This document shows, in pieces, positions 37,542 to 53,735 of a stretch of DNA of 64,000 nucleotides; position 1 is the stretch's first letter, and every line of letters begins with the position of its first letter. Source of the DNA: Eledone cirrhosa. Taxonomy: Eukaryota. Location of the stretch: assembly GCA_964016885.1 (NCBI GenBank), contig OZ024743.1:51584001-51648000 (forward strand). Direction: 5' to 3'. A program made the position numbers and the translations under genes. The notes under the pieces were generated by a model, which was not told the origin of the DNA, did not search any database, and saw only the letters and a program-made list of their open reading frames with translations.

Positions 37542-38986
37542 TCATCATCATCATCATCAACGTTTAACGTCCGTGTTCCACGCTTGCATGGGTTTGGACG
37601 GGGGGTAGTCCCACTTGAGGCAAGAGTGATTGTCTTGCTCGCATAGGACTGTCTGGCAGGTTTTCTACAGTTGGATGCCCTTCCTAACACCAACCACATT
37701 TACAGTGTGGGTCTGGGAGGTTTTTACCGTGTTGCCTACACGGCCACATTACAGCGTTGGACTGTGTGTGTTTTTTGTCGTGACACCTACACGATCTCAT
37801 TTGTTTCGGGCCCGGATGGGCTGCGGCACCAACATAACTTTACATAGGACGGGGTGTGGTGTGGATGGGGTGGGGGGTGGTGGTGGTGGGACGGGGTGTA
37901 TTTTGTTAGAGATGCCTACTGGCAAGGCGGGTCTTCTCTGTTACTGAGTACCGCCAAAGGTCTCGGTCCAGTGACATTGTCTTGGAGAGGTGTAAGTGTG
38001 TGAGGTCGGAGTTTATCAGCTCGTCCCAGGTTTTTCTAGGTCTGCCTATTCCGTGGCTACCGTCTATCTTTATTGCCCTGCACTTTGTTATACAGCTATC
38101 GACTTTCATGCGCATCACGTGTCCATACCAACGTAGCCTTCTCTCGAGTAAACAACATCTGATCCCTCTTATCTCTAATTTTTTCCTTAGTTCGTTTATG
38201 CTTTGCCGTTCACGTATATTACTGTTACACATCCAGCGGAGCATGCAAGCTTCGTTCCTCTCTAGTCTGCGTATATCCTCTGCACACAATGCCCAGGTCT
38301 CACTGCCATGCAACATTGCTGTTCGTATGCAGGCATCGTACAACCTGCCTTTCATTTTTAGGGAGAACCCTTTAGCAGCTTAATAGTGGTATAAGCTCTC
38401 TGAACTTTTTCCAACCAGTTCTGACTCTAGCTACAGTACTTTCAGAGCACCCTCCCCACTGCTGATTTTATCGCCCAGGTAACGGAAGCTGTCACTATTT
38501 CTATAGAACCCTTCTGCGCAATTGAAAGAGCTAGTATTGTGTGGGCACTTGCTGCTACTTATTGCACAGAACACCGGCCACATGTAAAATCTATGTTCTT
38601 AGTTAGCTTACCTGTTGATCCCACTACATCTTTTATGCACCCATACTTTGCATTTAGGACACAAAATGGAGTTTCTACCTACGCCTTTCCTACACACCGA
38701 GCACGACCATTTCCCAGAAGGGACCGCCGCCTTGTTTTCTTTCCTACAAACTAGAACTTTGGTCTTAGCCAGGTTAATTTTAAGTCCTTTTGACTCTAGG
38801 CCGTGCTTCCATGTTTGGAATTTCTTCTCTAGCTCGGCCATTGATTCCGCTATGAGTGTCAGGTCGTCTGCGTATAGGAGTTCCCAAGGGCAGCCTGTCT
38901 TGAACTCCTCTGTTATAGCATGAAGGGCAATAATAAATAGTAGGGGGCTGAGAACAGAGCCCTGATGGACGCCAACTTTTACGCTA
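37540..38986 (-). mobile_element. RTE LINE copy, inverted and tail-to-tail with the previous copy
   Basis: ORFs 37906-38355 and 38608-38841 on the minus strand, (CAT)n at 37540. Confidence 0.93.
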
Positions 38987-40858
<1,872 letters not shown>

Positions 40859-40861
<3 letters not shown>

Positions 40862-43447
40862 AATTTCAAAGCATATTACTTGATGCTTTTGACAGTAAGG
40901 GAGAACATTTAGAGTCGGACAATATAGAGGGATAGTGGGAATTTCTGAAAGCAAACCTGCTGTTGGCGACAGACGAAGTCTGTGGCTGCAGCAGGCCTGT
41001 AGGCAGGAGGAGAGTAACATGGTGGTGGAACAGTAAGGTGGAGGGGTCAATTAAGGCCAAAAAGCAGGCTTGGAAAGTATGGCGGGATGGGGGAAGTAGA
41101 GTAGACTATCAAGTGGCCAGGAGGGAAGCTAGGAGAGAAGTGTACTTAGCAAGAAGGGAAGCTGAGGAAAGAAAGTTCAAGCATGTTCTACAACGCGATG
41201 ACCAATAACGTGAGGTGTTCAGGATTGCTAGGCAATGCGTCAAGGAAAACCGTGATATTGTCGGGGAGAAGTGTGTACTTAACGATGATGGCATACTTGC
41301 CATCACCGACGCTGATAAGAAGGTAGCTTGGAAGTGTCACTATGAAAGGCTACTAAATGAGGAGAATAAATGGGAGAAAGACAGTCTCCCCCATATCGAC
41401 CCAATAGAGGGACCAGCAGTGTTAGTCGAGGGGAGTATAATAAGTAAGGCAATCAAGGATATGAAGACGGGTAAGGCGGCTGGGCCTTCGGAAATAGTTG
41501 CTGAGATGCTGAAGGCATCTGGCACGGTGGGACACACCATGGTCACCCGCATAGTTAACCAAGTCGTACAGAATGGGGTTGTTCCGAAGGACTGGCATAG
41601 CAGCATCATCGTTAACTGTTATAAGGGTAAAGGAGACGCCCTAGATAGGAGTAACTATAGAGGCATTAAATTAATCGACCAGGTCATGAAGGTCACGGAA
41701 AAAGTAATAGCGTAACTAATCAGAGAGAGAATTGACCTAGATGAAATGCAGTTCGGGTTTGTGTCAGGCAAAAGCACCACAGACGCTCTTTTCATAGTAC
41801 GACAACTACAGGAGAAGTACCTAGCTAAAGGTAAACCCCTCTACTTAGCCTTTGTCGACCTGGAGAAAGCCTTCGACAGAGTCCCCCGCTCCATTATCTG
41901 GTGGGCTCTTAGAAAACTAGGCGTTGACGAATGGCTTGTGAGGGCTATACAAGCCATGTATAAAGAAACAGTCAGTAAGGTTAGAATTAACAACGAATAT
42001 AGTGAAGAGTTTAGCGTAAAAGTTGGCGTCCATCAGGGCTCTGTTCTCAGCCCCCTACTATTTATTATTGCCCTTCAGGCTATAACAGAGGAGTTCAAGA
42101 CAGGCTGCCCATGGGAACTCCTATACGCAGACGACCTGACACTCATAGCTGAATCAATGGCCGAGCTAGAGAAGAAATTCCAAACATGGAAGCACGGCCT
42201 AGAGTCAAAAGGACTTAAAATTAACCTGGCTAAGACCAAAGTTCTAGTTTGTAGGAAAGAAAACAAGGCGGCGGTCCCTTCTGAGAAATGGTCGTGCTCG
42301 GTGTGTAGGAAAGGCGTAGGTAGAAACTCCATTTTATGTCCTAAATGCAAAGTATGGGTGCATAAAAGATGTAGTGGGATCACAGGTAAGCTAACTAAGA
42401 ACATAGATTTTACATGTGGCCGGTGTTCTGGTGCAATAAGTAGCAGCAAGTGCCCACAAAATACTAGCTCTTTCAATTGCGCAGAGGGATCTATAGAAAT
42501 AGTGGACAGCTTCCGTTACCTGGGCGATAAAATCAGCAGTGGGGGAGGGTGCTCTGAAAGTACAGTAGCTTGAGTCAGAACGGGATGGAAAAAGTTCAGA
42601 GAGCTTATACCACTATTGGCTGCTAAAGGGTTCTCTCTAAAAATGAAAGGCAGATTGTATGATGCCTGTATACGAACAGCAATGTTACATGGCAGTGAGA
42701 CCTGGGCATTGAGACCTGGGCATTGTGTGCAGAGGATATACGCAGACTGGAGAGGAACGAAGCTTGCATGCTCCGCTGGATGTGTAATAGTAATATACGT
42801 GAATGGCAAAGCATAAACGAACTAAGGGAGAAATTAGGAATAAGAGGGATCAGATGTTGTTTACTCAAGAGAAGAATACGTTGGTACGGTCACGTGATGC
42901 GCATGAAAGACGACAGCTGGGCGATAAAAATAGACGGTAACCATGGAGTAGGCAGACCCAGAAAAACCTGGGACGACTTGATAAATTCCTACCTCACACA
43001 CTTACACCTCTCCAAGACAATGTCATTGGACCGAGATCTTTGGCGCTACACATTAATACAGAAGATCCGCCTTGCCTAAGTACAAAGGGAAACCTATTGT
43101 CAGTAGGCACCTCTAACAAAAATACACCCCTGTATCACTAAACCCCCCCCCCCCCCCCTCTTCAAAGTTATGTTGGTACCACAACATCCAGTCCGAAACA
43201 AATGAGGTCGTGTAGGTGTCACAACAAAAAAACACACAGTCCACGCTGTAATGTGGCCGTGTAGGTAACACGGTAAAAACCTCCCAGTCCACACTGTAAA
43301 CGTGGTTGGTGTTAGGAAGGGCATCCAGCCGTAGAAAACCCACCAGACAGTCCTATACGAGCAGGACAACCAATCTTGCCTCAAGTGGGAAAACTCCCGT
43401 CCAAACCCATGCAAGCGTGGAAGATGGACGTTAAACGATGATGATGA
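40859..43447 (+). mobile_element. Chimeric RTE LINE (5' part = copy A, 3' part = copy B)
   Basis: Shares copy A's 5' truncation point and TAA stop (41713), and copy B's TGA stop (42571), 14-bp duplication and 3' deletion. Confidence 0.92.
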
Positions 43448-43532
43448 TATGTGTGTGTATATATATATGTATATATATGTGTATATATATATATGTATAT
43501 ATAATTATATATAATATGTGTGTATATGTATA

Positions 43533-43566
<34 letters not shown>

Positions 43567-44069
43567 ATTATATATAATATGTGTGTATATGTATATATAT
43601 GTGTATATATATAATTATATATAATATGTGTGTATATGTATATATATGTGTATATATATGTATATATAATTATATATAATATGTGTGTATATGTATATAT
43701 ATGTGTATATATATATATAATTATATATATATATAATTATATATATGTGTGTATATGTATATATATGTGTATCTATATATATAATTATATATATATATAT
43801 ATATGTGTGTATATATATGTATATATATATATAATTATATATATGTGTGTATATGTATATATATATAATTATATATATGTATATATATGTATATATATAT
43901 AATTATATACATGTGTGTATATGTATATATATGTGTATATATATATATAATTATATATATATATGTGTGTATATGTATATATATGTGTATATATATATAT
44001 AATTATATATATATATATGTATATATATGTGTATATATATATATAATTATATATATATATATGTGTATA

Positions 44070-44121
<52 letters not shown>

Positions 44122-44163
44122 TATATATATATATATATATAATTATATATATATATATATATA

Positions 44164-44194
<31 letters not shown>

Positions 44195-44199
<5 letters not shown>

Positions 44200-44390
44200 A
44201 AAAAGTATGACCTCAACGGCAGAGCTCAGGCCGTTTCAACAGCTATTTCTGGACCACAAATAGCTGTCGAAACGGCTTGAGCTCTGCCGTTGGGGGTCAT
44301 ACTTTTTCCTATTTCCCACTCTACTACCCTAAGTATTGAGTACTCTGGTGCGTTATGGTCCATCTGGTTCCTTACCACAATTCCTTTGTT
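44195..44390 (+). mobile_element. Duplicate of fold-back element 21192-21386
   Basis: Near-identical sequence. Confidence 0.65.
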
Positions 44391-44429
44391 ATAATTATAT
44401 ATATGTGTATATATATATGTATATATATA

Positions 44430-45458
44430 TGGTACACAAGAGATGTAGCGGGATCTCAGGAAGCTTAATTAAGAATGTAGGATTCACATGCAGCAACTGT
44501 GCTGAAACAGCAAGCAGCAAACAGCCACAGGAAACAAGTACCACCAATCTCTGGGAGGGCCCTGTAGAAACAGTAGACAGCTTCTGCTACCTAGGTGACC
44601 GAATTAGCAACGGAGGTGGGTGTTCAGAAAGTACAATAACTAGGGTAAGAACGGGATGGAAGAAGTTTAGGGAACTACTACCACTGCTAGCTGCAAAAGG
44701 CTTCTCCCTCAGAATGAAAGGCAGACTGTATGATGCGTGTATCCGAACAGCGATGTTGCATGGTAGTGAGACCTGGGCGCTGAAGGTGGAAGACTTGCGT
44801 AGGTTAGAGAGAAACGAAGCCTGCATGCTCCGATGGATGTGTAACAGTAATATACGTGAACGACAAAGCATAAATGAATTGAGAGAGAGACTGAGCATAA
44901 GAGGAATCAAATGCTGTGTGCAGGAGAGGCGGTTGTGCTGGTATGGACATGTGATGCGTATGAAGGATGACAGCTGCATAAAAAGGTGCAGAGCACTAGA
45001 AGTTGATGGAAACCGCGGAGTGGGGAGACCCAAGATGACCTGGGATGAGGTGATAAAAGCCGACCTTACCCAATTACACCTCTCAAAGACAATGACACAC
45101 GACCGTGACTTCTGGCGTCTCGCAGAAATACAGAGTACCCGACCTCCCATGGGTACATGCTGAAGCATATAGGCAATATGCCCCACACCCTCCCACCGCA
45201 AGGTGGTCGTGGAGGTGCCACGGCAAAAAAGCACCCAGCCCACACTGTAAAGTGGACGTGTAGGCACCACGAAAAAGCACCCAGCACTCACTGTAAATGA
45301 GGTTGGTGTTAGGAAGGGCATCCAGCTGTAGAAATCAAGCCAGATCAGTTCCTGTATGAGCAAGGCATGGTCAGCCGACCAGTCACTGCACACAACAGTA
45401 CAACCCGTCTAACCCATGCTAGCGTGGAAGAACGGACGTAAAACGGTGATGATGATGA
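44430..45458 (+). mobile_element. Duplicate of RTE fragment 21428-22456
   Basis: Near-identical ORF 44336-45163. Confidence 0.92.
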
Positions 45459-45852
45459 TATATATATATAATTATATATGTGTGTATATATATATATATA
45501 CATATATATATAAATGGAAAAAATGAAACAAAATTTCATTTCTCACTCTTAGTATGGCTGTTACTTAAATATAAGTATGTATACGTATATACATATATGT
45601 ATACAGACGTACAGTAGTATGTATATATATATATATATGTATATACATACATGCACACATAAATATATGTACGTATGGATTCACTGAACATTTAGTATAA
45701 TGCTCGGTGTGTTTGTAAACAAACATCCCAAATTAAGCCGTACAGTGTCTAGCAACCATCGTTGCTCATTTGTTCAACACTGACAAAGGAACGCTGTACT
45801 AGTTTCAAGCTTATTAGCTATCATCAGCAACGTATACCTTCCTGCCAGATGA

Positions 45853-47518
45853 TTGAACATTTGAAAGTGCAGGGCCAATTGAGGTGAAATAATTGTGCCG
45901 TATTGTTGTTATGTGATGCGAGGGACATTTTTGTCGTGGGCGGATAGCACGGGGCCCAAGCCTTGGGTGTACACTAAAGGTGATGCCAACATCATTTGGG
46001 CAAAGCTGATAGAATATTTTCCACATCATACAGATAATGTAGCGCTCACGGCGACGTTGGAGAGAATAAAGTTTGAGCTTTTCTAATCGACTCCAATAGT
46101 CGAGGCCTGTCATGCCATCTATCTTTTTTGTAATTGACCTTTGGGATGCTTCAACTTTCATGATACTTTGTTTTGTGTGGGGTGACCACAGTGGACAACA
46201 GTATTCAAGGTGGGGTCGGGCAAAAGTGGAGAAGAGAAGGATAACAGTGTGGATATCTCTCGACTGGAAAGTTCTAAGAATCCAGGAACACGTTCTGCGG
46301 GCCATGTCAACTGCGCTTTTTGTATGAGTGGCCCAGCTTAAATTGTTGTCCACAATTACTCCCAGGTCTCTGATGTTATTGAATGCCACTAGAGTTTCAC
46401 ATTAAGGAGGAGAGTATGGTAGTTTCAGAGCATCCTTTTTTCCAAAGTGGATTAATTCAAATTTATCTTCATTCAACAGCATATTATTCTTTTCTGCCCA
46501 TTGGATAACAGCCAGTAGGTCTGACTGAAGGCAAGTCCGGTCACCCACCTCATTGATGACCCTTTGGAGCTTGGAATCGTCTGCGAAGATTCTGATGTTG
46601 TGCTTGATGGTGTCAGTAATGTTATTAATGTAGATGATGAAAAGAAGTGGGCCCAACACAGTGCCTTGTGGGACGCCACTGCTGACTTTGGTGGGACTTG
46701 ATTTTACTCCTTCGACTACAACATGCTGGGTTATGCCTGTCAGGAAACATTTGATCCACTGTAGTAATCTTCCAGAGACACCAACATTGGATAGTTTTTT
46801 CAGTAGAATCTTATGATCAACCCTGTTGAAGGCCTTGCTGAAGTCAAGGTAGATGACATCAGTGTTGGAGCCCTCTCCCAAGGCTCTCAAAACATTGTCA
46901 AAGTGATGCAGGAGCTGCGTTAGGCAGTCCCTTCCATTACGGAACCCATGTTGGTTGGAGTTCAGCAGTCTGTTGCTATCGAGAAAGTGAGTTATTTGTG
47001 ATCTCATCACCCTCTCAAATACCTTGATAATATGAGAGGTGAATGAGATCGGACGGTAGTTCACTGCAAGGGACTTATTTCCCTTTTTGAAGACTGGGAC
47101 AACAGACTAGGACAGAAAGTTTTCAGGAATATAGCCAGTGTCCAGTGAGTTCCTCCACAGATTAGGAAGAGGAGATGCAAGTTGGTGTCGGCACACCTTC
47201 AGGACAAGCAGGGAACCTGTCAGGGCCTACTGCTGAATTGTGTTTAATTTCATTTATTGCCGCTAAGACATCAGAGGCGCCAAACGTTATGTCTGATATA
47301 GTGTGTTGGGGATTAACATCATTGATACGGCCCAGATCAGCCATATCAGGTTTGCTGAAAACAGAGCAGTATTGTTTCTGCAGTATCTCACCCATGGTTT
47401 TGGCATTGTCCTGGAGTGTGCCATTTTCATCAACAAGGGGGCCAACAGTGGAGACGGTGACCTTGTGTTTTTTAGCAAATGAAAAGAACACTTTGGGGTT
47501 GAGTTTGATTTTTTTCAA
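45853..47518 (-). mobile_element. Duplicate of CR1 fragment 22845-24510 with extra stops
   Basis: ORFs 45814-46389, 46402-47064 and 47162-47518. Confidence 0.92.
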
Positions 47519-47723
47519 TGTCCCACCTCTCTTCAGCTATTCTCTGGTTATTGATGATGGTCATCATGCATTGCTGGGGGTTATATTTTTTTGACTCAAG
47601 CTATATGTGTGTATATATATGTGTGTATATATAAATGTGTGTGTATATATATGTATGTATATGTGTATATATATATATATATCACCATCACCGTTTTGAT
47701 GATGATGATACATACACACACAC

Positions 47724-47754
<31 letters not shown>

Positions 47755-48830
47755 TGGAGGGTGATTTTGGACACCCTGCAGGACAAAAAACAAAATCTGA
47801 CAAAGGGCGGAAGAACTCATAAGAGTCAACGGCCATCCCAAAACGTGTAAATATGTATATACACATGTACATATGTGTGTATATGTATATGTGTATATGC
47901 ATGGGTGCATGTGTATGTATATGCATGGTGGCATAGAAATAGTCAGGCTGGATACCCGATTGCGCAGTTAAACCATTGGGAGTGAAGGACCCCTAGCCTT
48001 TGTCAGGGCATTCTTCTAGGAGAAGGCAACTCAGGAAACTGGGATAACTCCAATATAAAACCTGTGGCTCAGTAGTTACCGATGATGCTGATCGTTTCTT
48101 CTTTTCGGGTTATTGCTACTGTCACTCAGAGAGTGGGATTGGCTCAGTGTACAGTCTTTCCTCACTTTAAAAATATCTTCACACACAGGCATTGCACGAT
48201 GGAATTAATTAATAATTATTAATAATGGCATATCATGCAATGGCCATACTTGATAACGAGGGGGAAGCCATCATCATATTTATATATATATATATGTTTC
48301 ACATGTAATATAACACTTTCATTACAGTATTTTTAATGAAAGACACTGCCTCTGGTTTTCAAATAATTTTTAAAATAAAAAAAAATTGTAATATAATTAA
48401 CTTTCTCACAAATGTTCTTACATAAAATTATTATGGAAGGTTTTTAAATAAATATAAACATTTTAAAACAAACATGCCTAAAAAGGTTGTGAGTACCCTT
48501 TGTGTGAACAACACAACCTCTCTAGTGTTGGAGATCTACACAGTAGACACACCCTGTACAGCTATAGAGTGGTTGTTGAAGGGCATCTAGCTGTAGACAG
48601 CTTGCCAAACAAGGGGTTATGACAGTATGTAAGCAGGATACAGACCCCCTGGCCTGTCAGGGAGATCAGTAGCTCCACTACAGTACTGACTTGGTCTATG
48701 TAGACCCATCCAACCCTTAGGGAAAGCTGACATTAAATGATGACTTCTATGACGTAGAACCAAGAGCAATATTATTTTAGTATCCAAAATGCTAAAAACT
48801 TGATAAAATATTTGTTGTCTTCTATTTCAG

Positions 48831-48937
48831 TGGCTGGTGTTCTCTATGTCCATATCCATGGTGCTACCAATTTACTAGCTGCTGATAAGAATGGAACCTC
48901 AGACCCTTATTGTGTTGTCTTCTCAGAGAGAAAAAGA
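48831..48937 (+). CDS. Duplicate of exon D (second copy or haplotype)
   Basis: Same sequence and splice sites as 25819-25925 at offset +23012. Confidence 0.85.
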
Positions 48938-49656
48938 GTAAGAACTTTAATTAGATTTTGATGTTGGTTTTCTTGGTTGCTGCTGGTGGTGGTGGTGGTG
49001 GTGGTTTGTTGGTGGTGATGGTGGTGTTGTTTGTGGTGTTGTTGTTGGTGGTAGTGGTGATGATGGTGTTGTTGATGTTGTTGGTGGTGATGGTGGTGTT
49101 GTTGGTGGTGATGGTGTTGTTGGTGGTGATGGTGTTGTTTATGATGATGATTCATGACAAAGGCACCCAACCCAGTCTGTGAAGTGGTTGTGTTGGTGTC
49201 ACGACAAAAAGCACCCAGCACACACTGTAAATGTGGTTGGTGTTAGGAAGGGCGTCCAATCGTAGAAACTAAGCCAAATCAGTTCTGAGTGAATCATTGT
49301 CTCCTGACCTGGTCCTTCACAAGGGGACAGCCCATCCTACCCATGCTAGCATGGAAGATGGATGTTAAATGATGATGATATATATATATACATGGACACA
49401 CTAGAAGAGGAAGACCAAGGTTAACATATGTTGATGCCCTAAGGACAGACACTGGTCTGTTGGAGATGCAGGATATGGCAGCGATAATGAGGGACAGAGA
49501 CCGCTGGAGAGAACTCGTCCATGGATCTCGGGAATTTCACCCGCCTTAGATAGATAGATAGATATATATATATGTTTATCCCGGGTTCAATCGGGGGTAA
49601 CCACAGTAAGTAAGGTACTCAATACAAAGCAGAGTATAAATATTTAATATAGAAAG

Positions 49657-49705
49657 GCTTCTACAAGACTAGAACTGTTTCATTCGGGAGAAATCATCAG
49701 GAAGC
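49657..49705 (-). ncRNA. Type I hammerhead ribozyme motif (duplicate copy)
   Basis: Same sequence as 26643-26691. Confidence 0.7.
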
Positions 49706-50147
49706 TGACCGTCCAAGTAATATGGTGGTATTTATATCTTTTCTGGTGGTAGGAGAGGGTGATGATTGGGATGGGTGGAGGTCATTGGTTGATGGGTTTA
49801 AAGAAAAGGGAATTCTTTAAAAACTATATTTAGACTAACAAAGGCAGAAAGAATTCTATAGACAGGTTCACACTGGGGGTGCCACTCCTGATTTTTAAGG
49901 TTCACTTAAGTTAAGAATGCCTTTGGTCAGATGTCTACAAGCACATTCACACACACACACATATAAAAACCCCACTCCCACACACTCGCAAAAACACACA
50001 CTCTTATACCCATATATATATATATATATAATGTACCTATAAAATGCAATATGAATGAATGTAAAATGAATATTCCATTCAATGTTTATTTATCCCTCTA
50101 ACAAAATAAATGACAATATTTTTGAAAAATAATTTCTTATATTCCAG

Positions 50148-50231
50148 ATTGTTACAACCCCTTATGTTCCACGGTCTTTAAATCCAAGATGGGAAACCCA
50201 TTCTGAGTTCTTTGTCAAAGATTTCACAAAG
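50148..50231 (+). CDS. Duplicate of exon E (second copy or haplotype)
   Basis: Matches 27136-27219 except a synonymous ACT->ACC (Thr). Confidence 0.85.
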
Positions 50232-51064
50232 GTACAATACCTTGCATATCATCATTTTGTTTTGAAAATCATTTTACACATAATCCCTCTCTTTTACCCA
50301 TATTTTTCACTTATATCTGAGACAAATTTATTCATTTTTATTTCAATAAATAAAAATGAAACCATTCCATATACAGTTGATCACTTATTATTGGCCCCAA
50401 ATGTTGATTTATTACCACACCTCTCATGAAAATGTTGATCCTAGTTTTTCATGGACAACATATCAGCATTTGTGAATCAAAATATAATCCTGAACATAAA
50501 TGTTACAATGATGAACTTAATATTTCTATACTATTATATTCTGATGTACACAAATAGAAATATTTATAAGAGCTATGGAGCTTTATTTATAAGTTTTGTT
50601 AGTAAAAAATGTGTTTTGCAGTGTAGAAACATTGGTGTTATTACTGTAATACATTAAATTTGTTTTGTCTATTTTTGGTGTTATGGACTGTAATGGGAAT
50701 TTCAGCTACTTAAAAGTAATATCCATGTAATAGTCGATCCTATAAATTTGCCAAAAATACTCTAAAAATGAGATTTTTACATGAGTATATATGGTAATCT
50801 TGCTAACTTTATATTTCTAGGTCAATTGTGTCATGGTGTTACAACATACATTTGTAAAGTGTTTTTCTCTAGATATCACTTTATATATACGACTTTATTC
50901 CAAATCACACTATGCTAGTGCTGTTACTAATTAAAACATACATATATCTATATTTACATGTGTAGATTAAATTATGTACTGAGCATGTATGTCTAGTTAT
51001 TTATCTGCCTGTCTATCAGCCTAGCTATATATCTATCTGCCTATCTATCTTTTGTTCAATTCAG

Positions 51065-51154
51065 ACCAAATTAAGTTTTTATGTCTTTGATTGGGATGGA
51101 AGAAATATTATTGACGACGATTTTCTTGGCTGTGCCTTTCTCGATGTATACCAG
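51065..51154 (+). CDS. Duplicate of exon F (second copy or haplotype)
   Basis: Same sequence and splice sites as 28053-28142. Confidence 0.85.
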
Positions 51155-53307
51155 GTAAGTTCCTCTTGATAACCCCTGCTCTTATATACACATCATTGTG
51201 TTTTTTTGTTCTTGTCAACCCTCATTGTTTTCTACCTTTATTGATGTACACCAAGTAAAGATATTGTTGTTCATTCTGCTCTTGTTAATATCTCATTTTG
51301 TTGAACCTTGGCTGTAATAATAATAATAATGAAATTATTATGTACAGTGCTCAGGTGCACTACAACTCATTAAAGGTGCATGTATAGTACATAGAATAAT
51401 GTACAAATGTCAGGGAAGTGAATAGTGTATGAGTCATGATATATATGTAAAATGTTCTACAACTTCCCTCATTATTCGGTTGTACCTTCCTCAGTGTAAG
51501 ATATTTCTGTTCTTGTGAACACTTTATTTTATTGTTTCTGCTCTCATTAGTAAAAGATAAATGTAAGTGGACTTTCATCAGTTCCAACGATGAGAGTTTC
51601 CAGTTGTTTGATCAACGGTACAATCTGCTTGTGGAATTAATGATAAAATGTTTAACATGATAAAAATTGCTCAAATAATTTTTTTTCTATTTTCTTTTGC
51701 ATCATTTAAAAGTATAACCCTCTCAGCATTGCATTATTCATTTCTGCAACAACTCTATAACTTTTTGAAATTGTTGCTATCAGTTTTTATTCTGATGTTC
51801 AACAAATTCTGTTATGTAATTGAGCAGATAAGCTTGGTTAAATGGTATCCTTCATTGATGTAACATCTGGTTAAGCTCTGTCTGAAGCTCAATTTGTCAA
51901 AACTCTGTGTAACTGCTTTATTTAGGTGACTAACCCAAGGGGGATATATATATATACAGGCTGTTCTACTAATACACTTTAATATTTCTACTGCAATCTA
52001 TTACACATTCTTTGTATTCTCTCTCTATATATATACTGTATAGGTGACACGTTACTAGTTAAGACCAATAAGACCATTTTTCAACTTAATACTCTATACT
52101 TTATTAGAGTGTAGATATTATTAGTTATGCCTCAATAGCATATGAGAACAGAAATAAACAGCCAATATTAATTTTATCTACAACAAACATCTAGATCAGC
52201 GTTTTTCAACCAGTGTTCCCTGGAATCATAGGGTTCTGCAAGAGGTTGCTAGAGGTTCCACAAGAAACAGAGAAGTAGGTAGATATTAATAATGGTATAT
52301 AACAATTTTTATACAGAAGTTCCCTGTTAAAAACCTTAAATAGAGAAGGTATTTTCTGGCTGACTCGTGTGTGCCGGGTGGCTTGGATCTCTGGAAAGGC
52401 AAAATGGGAGACGAGAGATTGTTCCAATTACAGAGGTGTCTCCTTGTTAAGCCTCCTCGGTAAAGTCTATGCTAAGTGTCTGGCAAAGAGATGTAGGGAG
52501 ATTGTCGAGCCCAAGCTAGCTGACGAACAGTGTGGTTTTCACCCTGGATGCAGCACAGCTGACCAAATATTCACACTGTGCCAGGTCTTCGAGAAATCAT
52601 GGGAGTATTACCAAGAGCTATATTTTTGTTTCATAGACCTCAAAAAGGCATATGGCCATGTTCTTTGAGGCCTGTTGTGGAAGGTTGAGTTGTGTTCATG
52701 AGTGATGGAAGTAGGAGGCTGAATTAAGTGCAAGAATTACAGGAGCTGGTGCAGTAATGCGCCAGCTTCAGTAATCAGAAGAAGGTTTAAAAGCCAAACT
52801 TGGTATCTTCAATTTGGCATTCATGCCAACCCTTACTTATGGTCGTGAATCTTGGGTAAAATCTTGGACTGAAAGAATACGATTTCAAACACACGTGGCC
52901 GAAAGGTCTTTGGAGTAACATTACTTGATACAGTGTGTAGCTCAGAGATCATAGAGTCACTCCAGGTAGAGCCGCTACTTCTCCAAATTGAGAGATCACA
53001 GCTCCAATATTATGGGCATGTGGTTAGAATATATATATATATATATTGTTATTTAAACATTTGATGGAATTTATCATTTAAAACAATGTTGGTCTTCGTG
53101 TTTCAATAGCTATGGTACATCATTACAAATAAAGAAAGAACGGCATCAATGATAAAACTTCCTCTTTATCAATCTGCTACTCAATTCTCTTGGGAAAAAC
53201 AACTCACATTTCCATTTTCTTATAAATTTATTACTTCACATCTTGGCTAATGTTGTGATCAATGTTGCCCGATGGCTAAATCTATCACCAATACTCTCAT
53301 TAGTCTC

Positions 53308-53735
53308 ATAGGTACCAGTACCACCAATACTACCAATACTACCCTTAGGTACCAGTACCACCAATACTCTCTTTAGGTACTAGTATCATGCTACCCTTAG
53401 GTACCAGTACCACCAATACTCTCCTTAGGTACTAGTATCATGCTACCCTTAGGTACCAGTACCACCAATACTCTCCTTAGGTACTAGTATCATGCTACCC
53501 TTAGGTACCAGTACCACCAATACTCTCCTTAGGTACTAGTATCATGCTACCCTTAAGTACCAGTACCACCAATACTCTCCTTAGGTACTAGTATCATGCT
53601 ACCCTTAGGTACCAGTACCACCAATACTCTCCTTAGGTACTAGTATCATGCTACCCTTAGGTACCAGTACCACCAATACTCTCCTTAGGTACTAGTATCA
53701 TGCTACCCTTAGGTACCAGTATCATCAATGCTACC
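53308..53735. repeat. 52-bp minisatellite, ~8 copies (short allele)
   Basis: Same unit and same flanks as 30295-32220. Confidence 0.95.
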
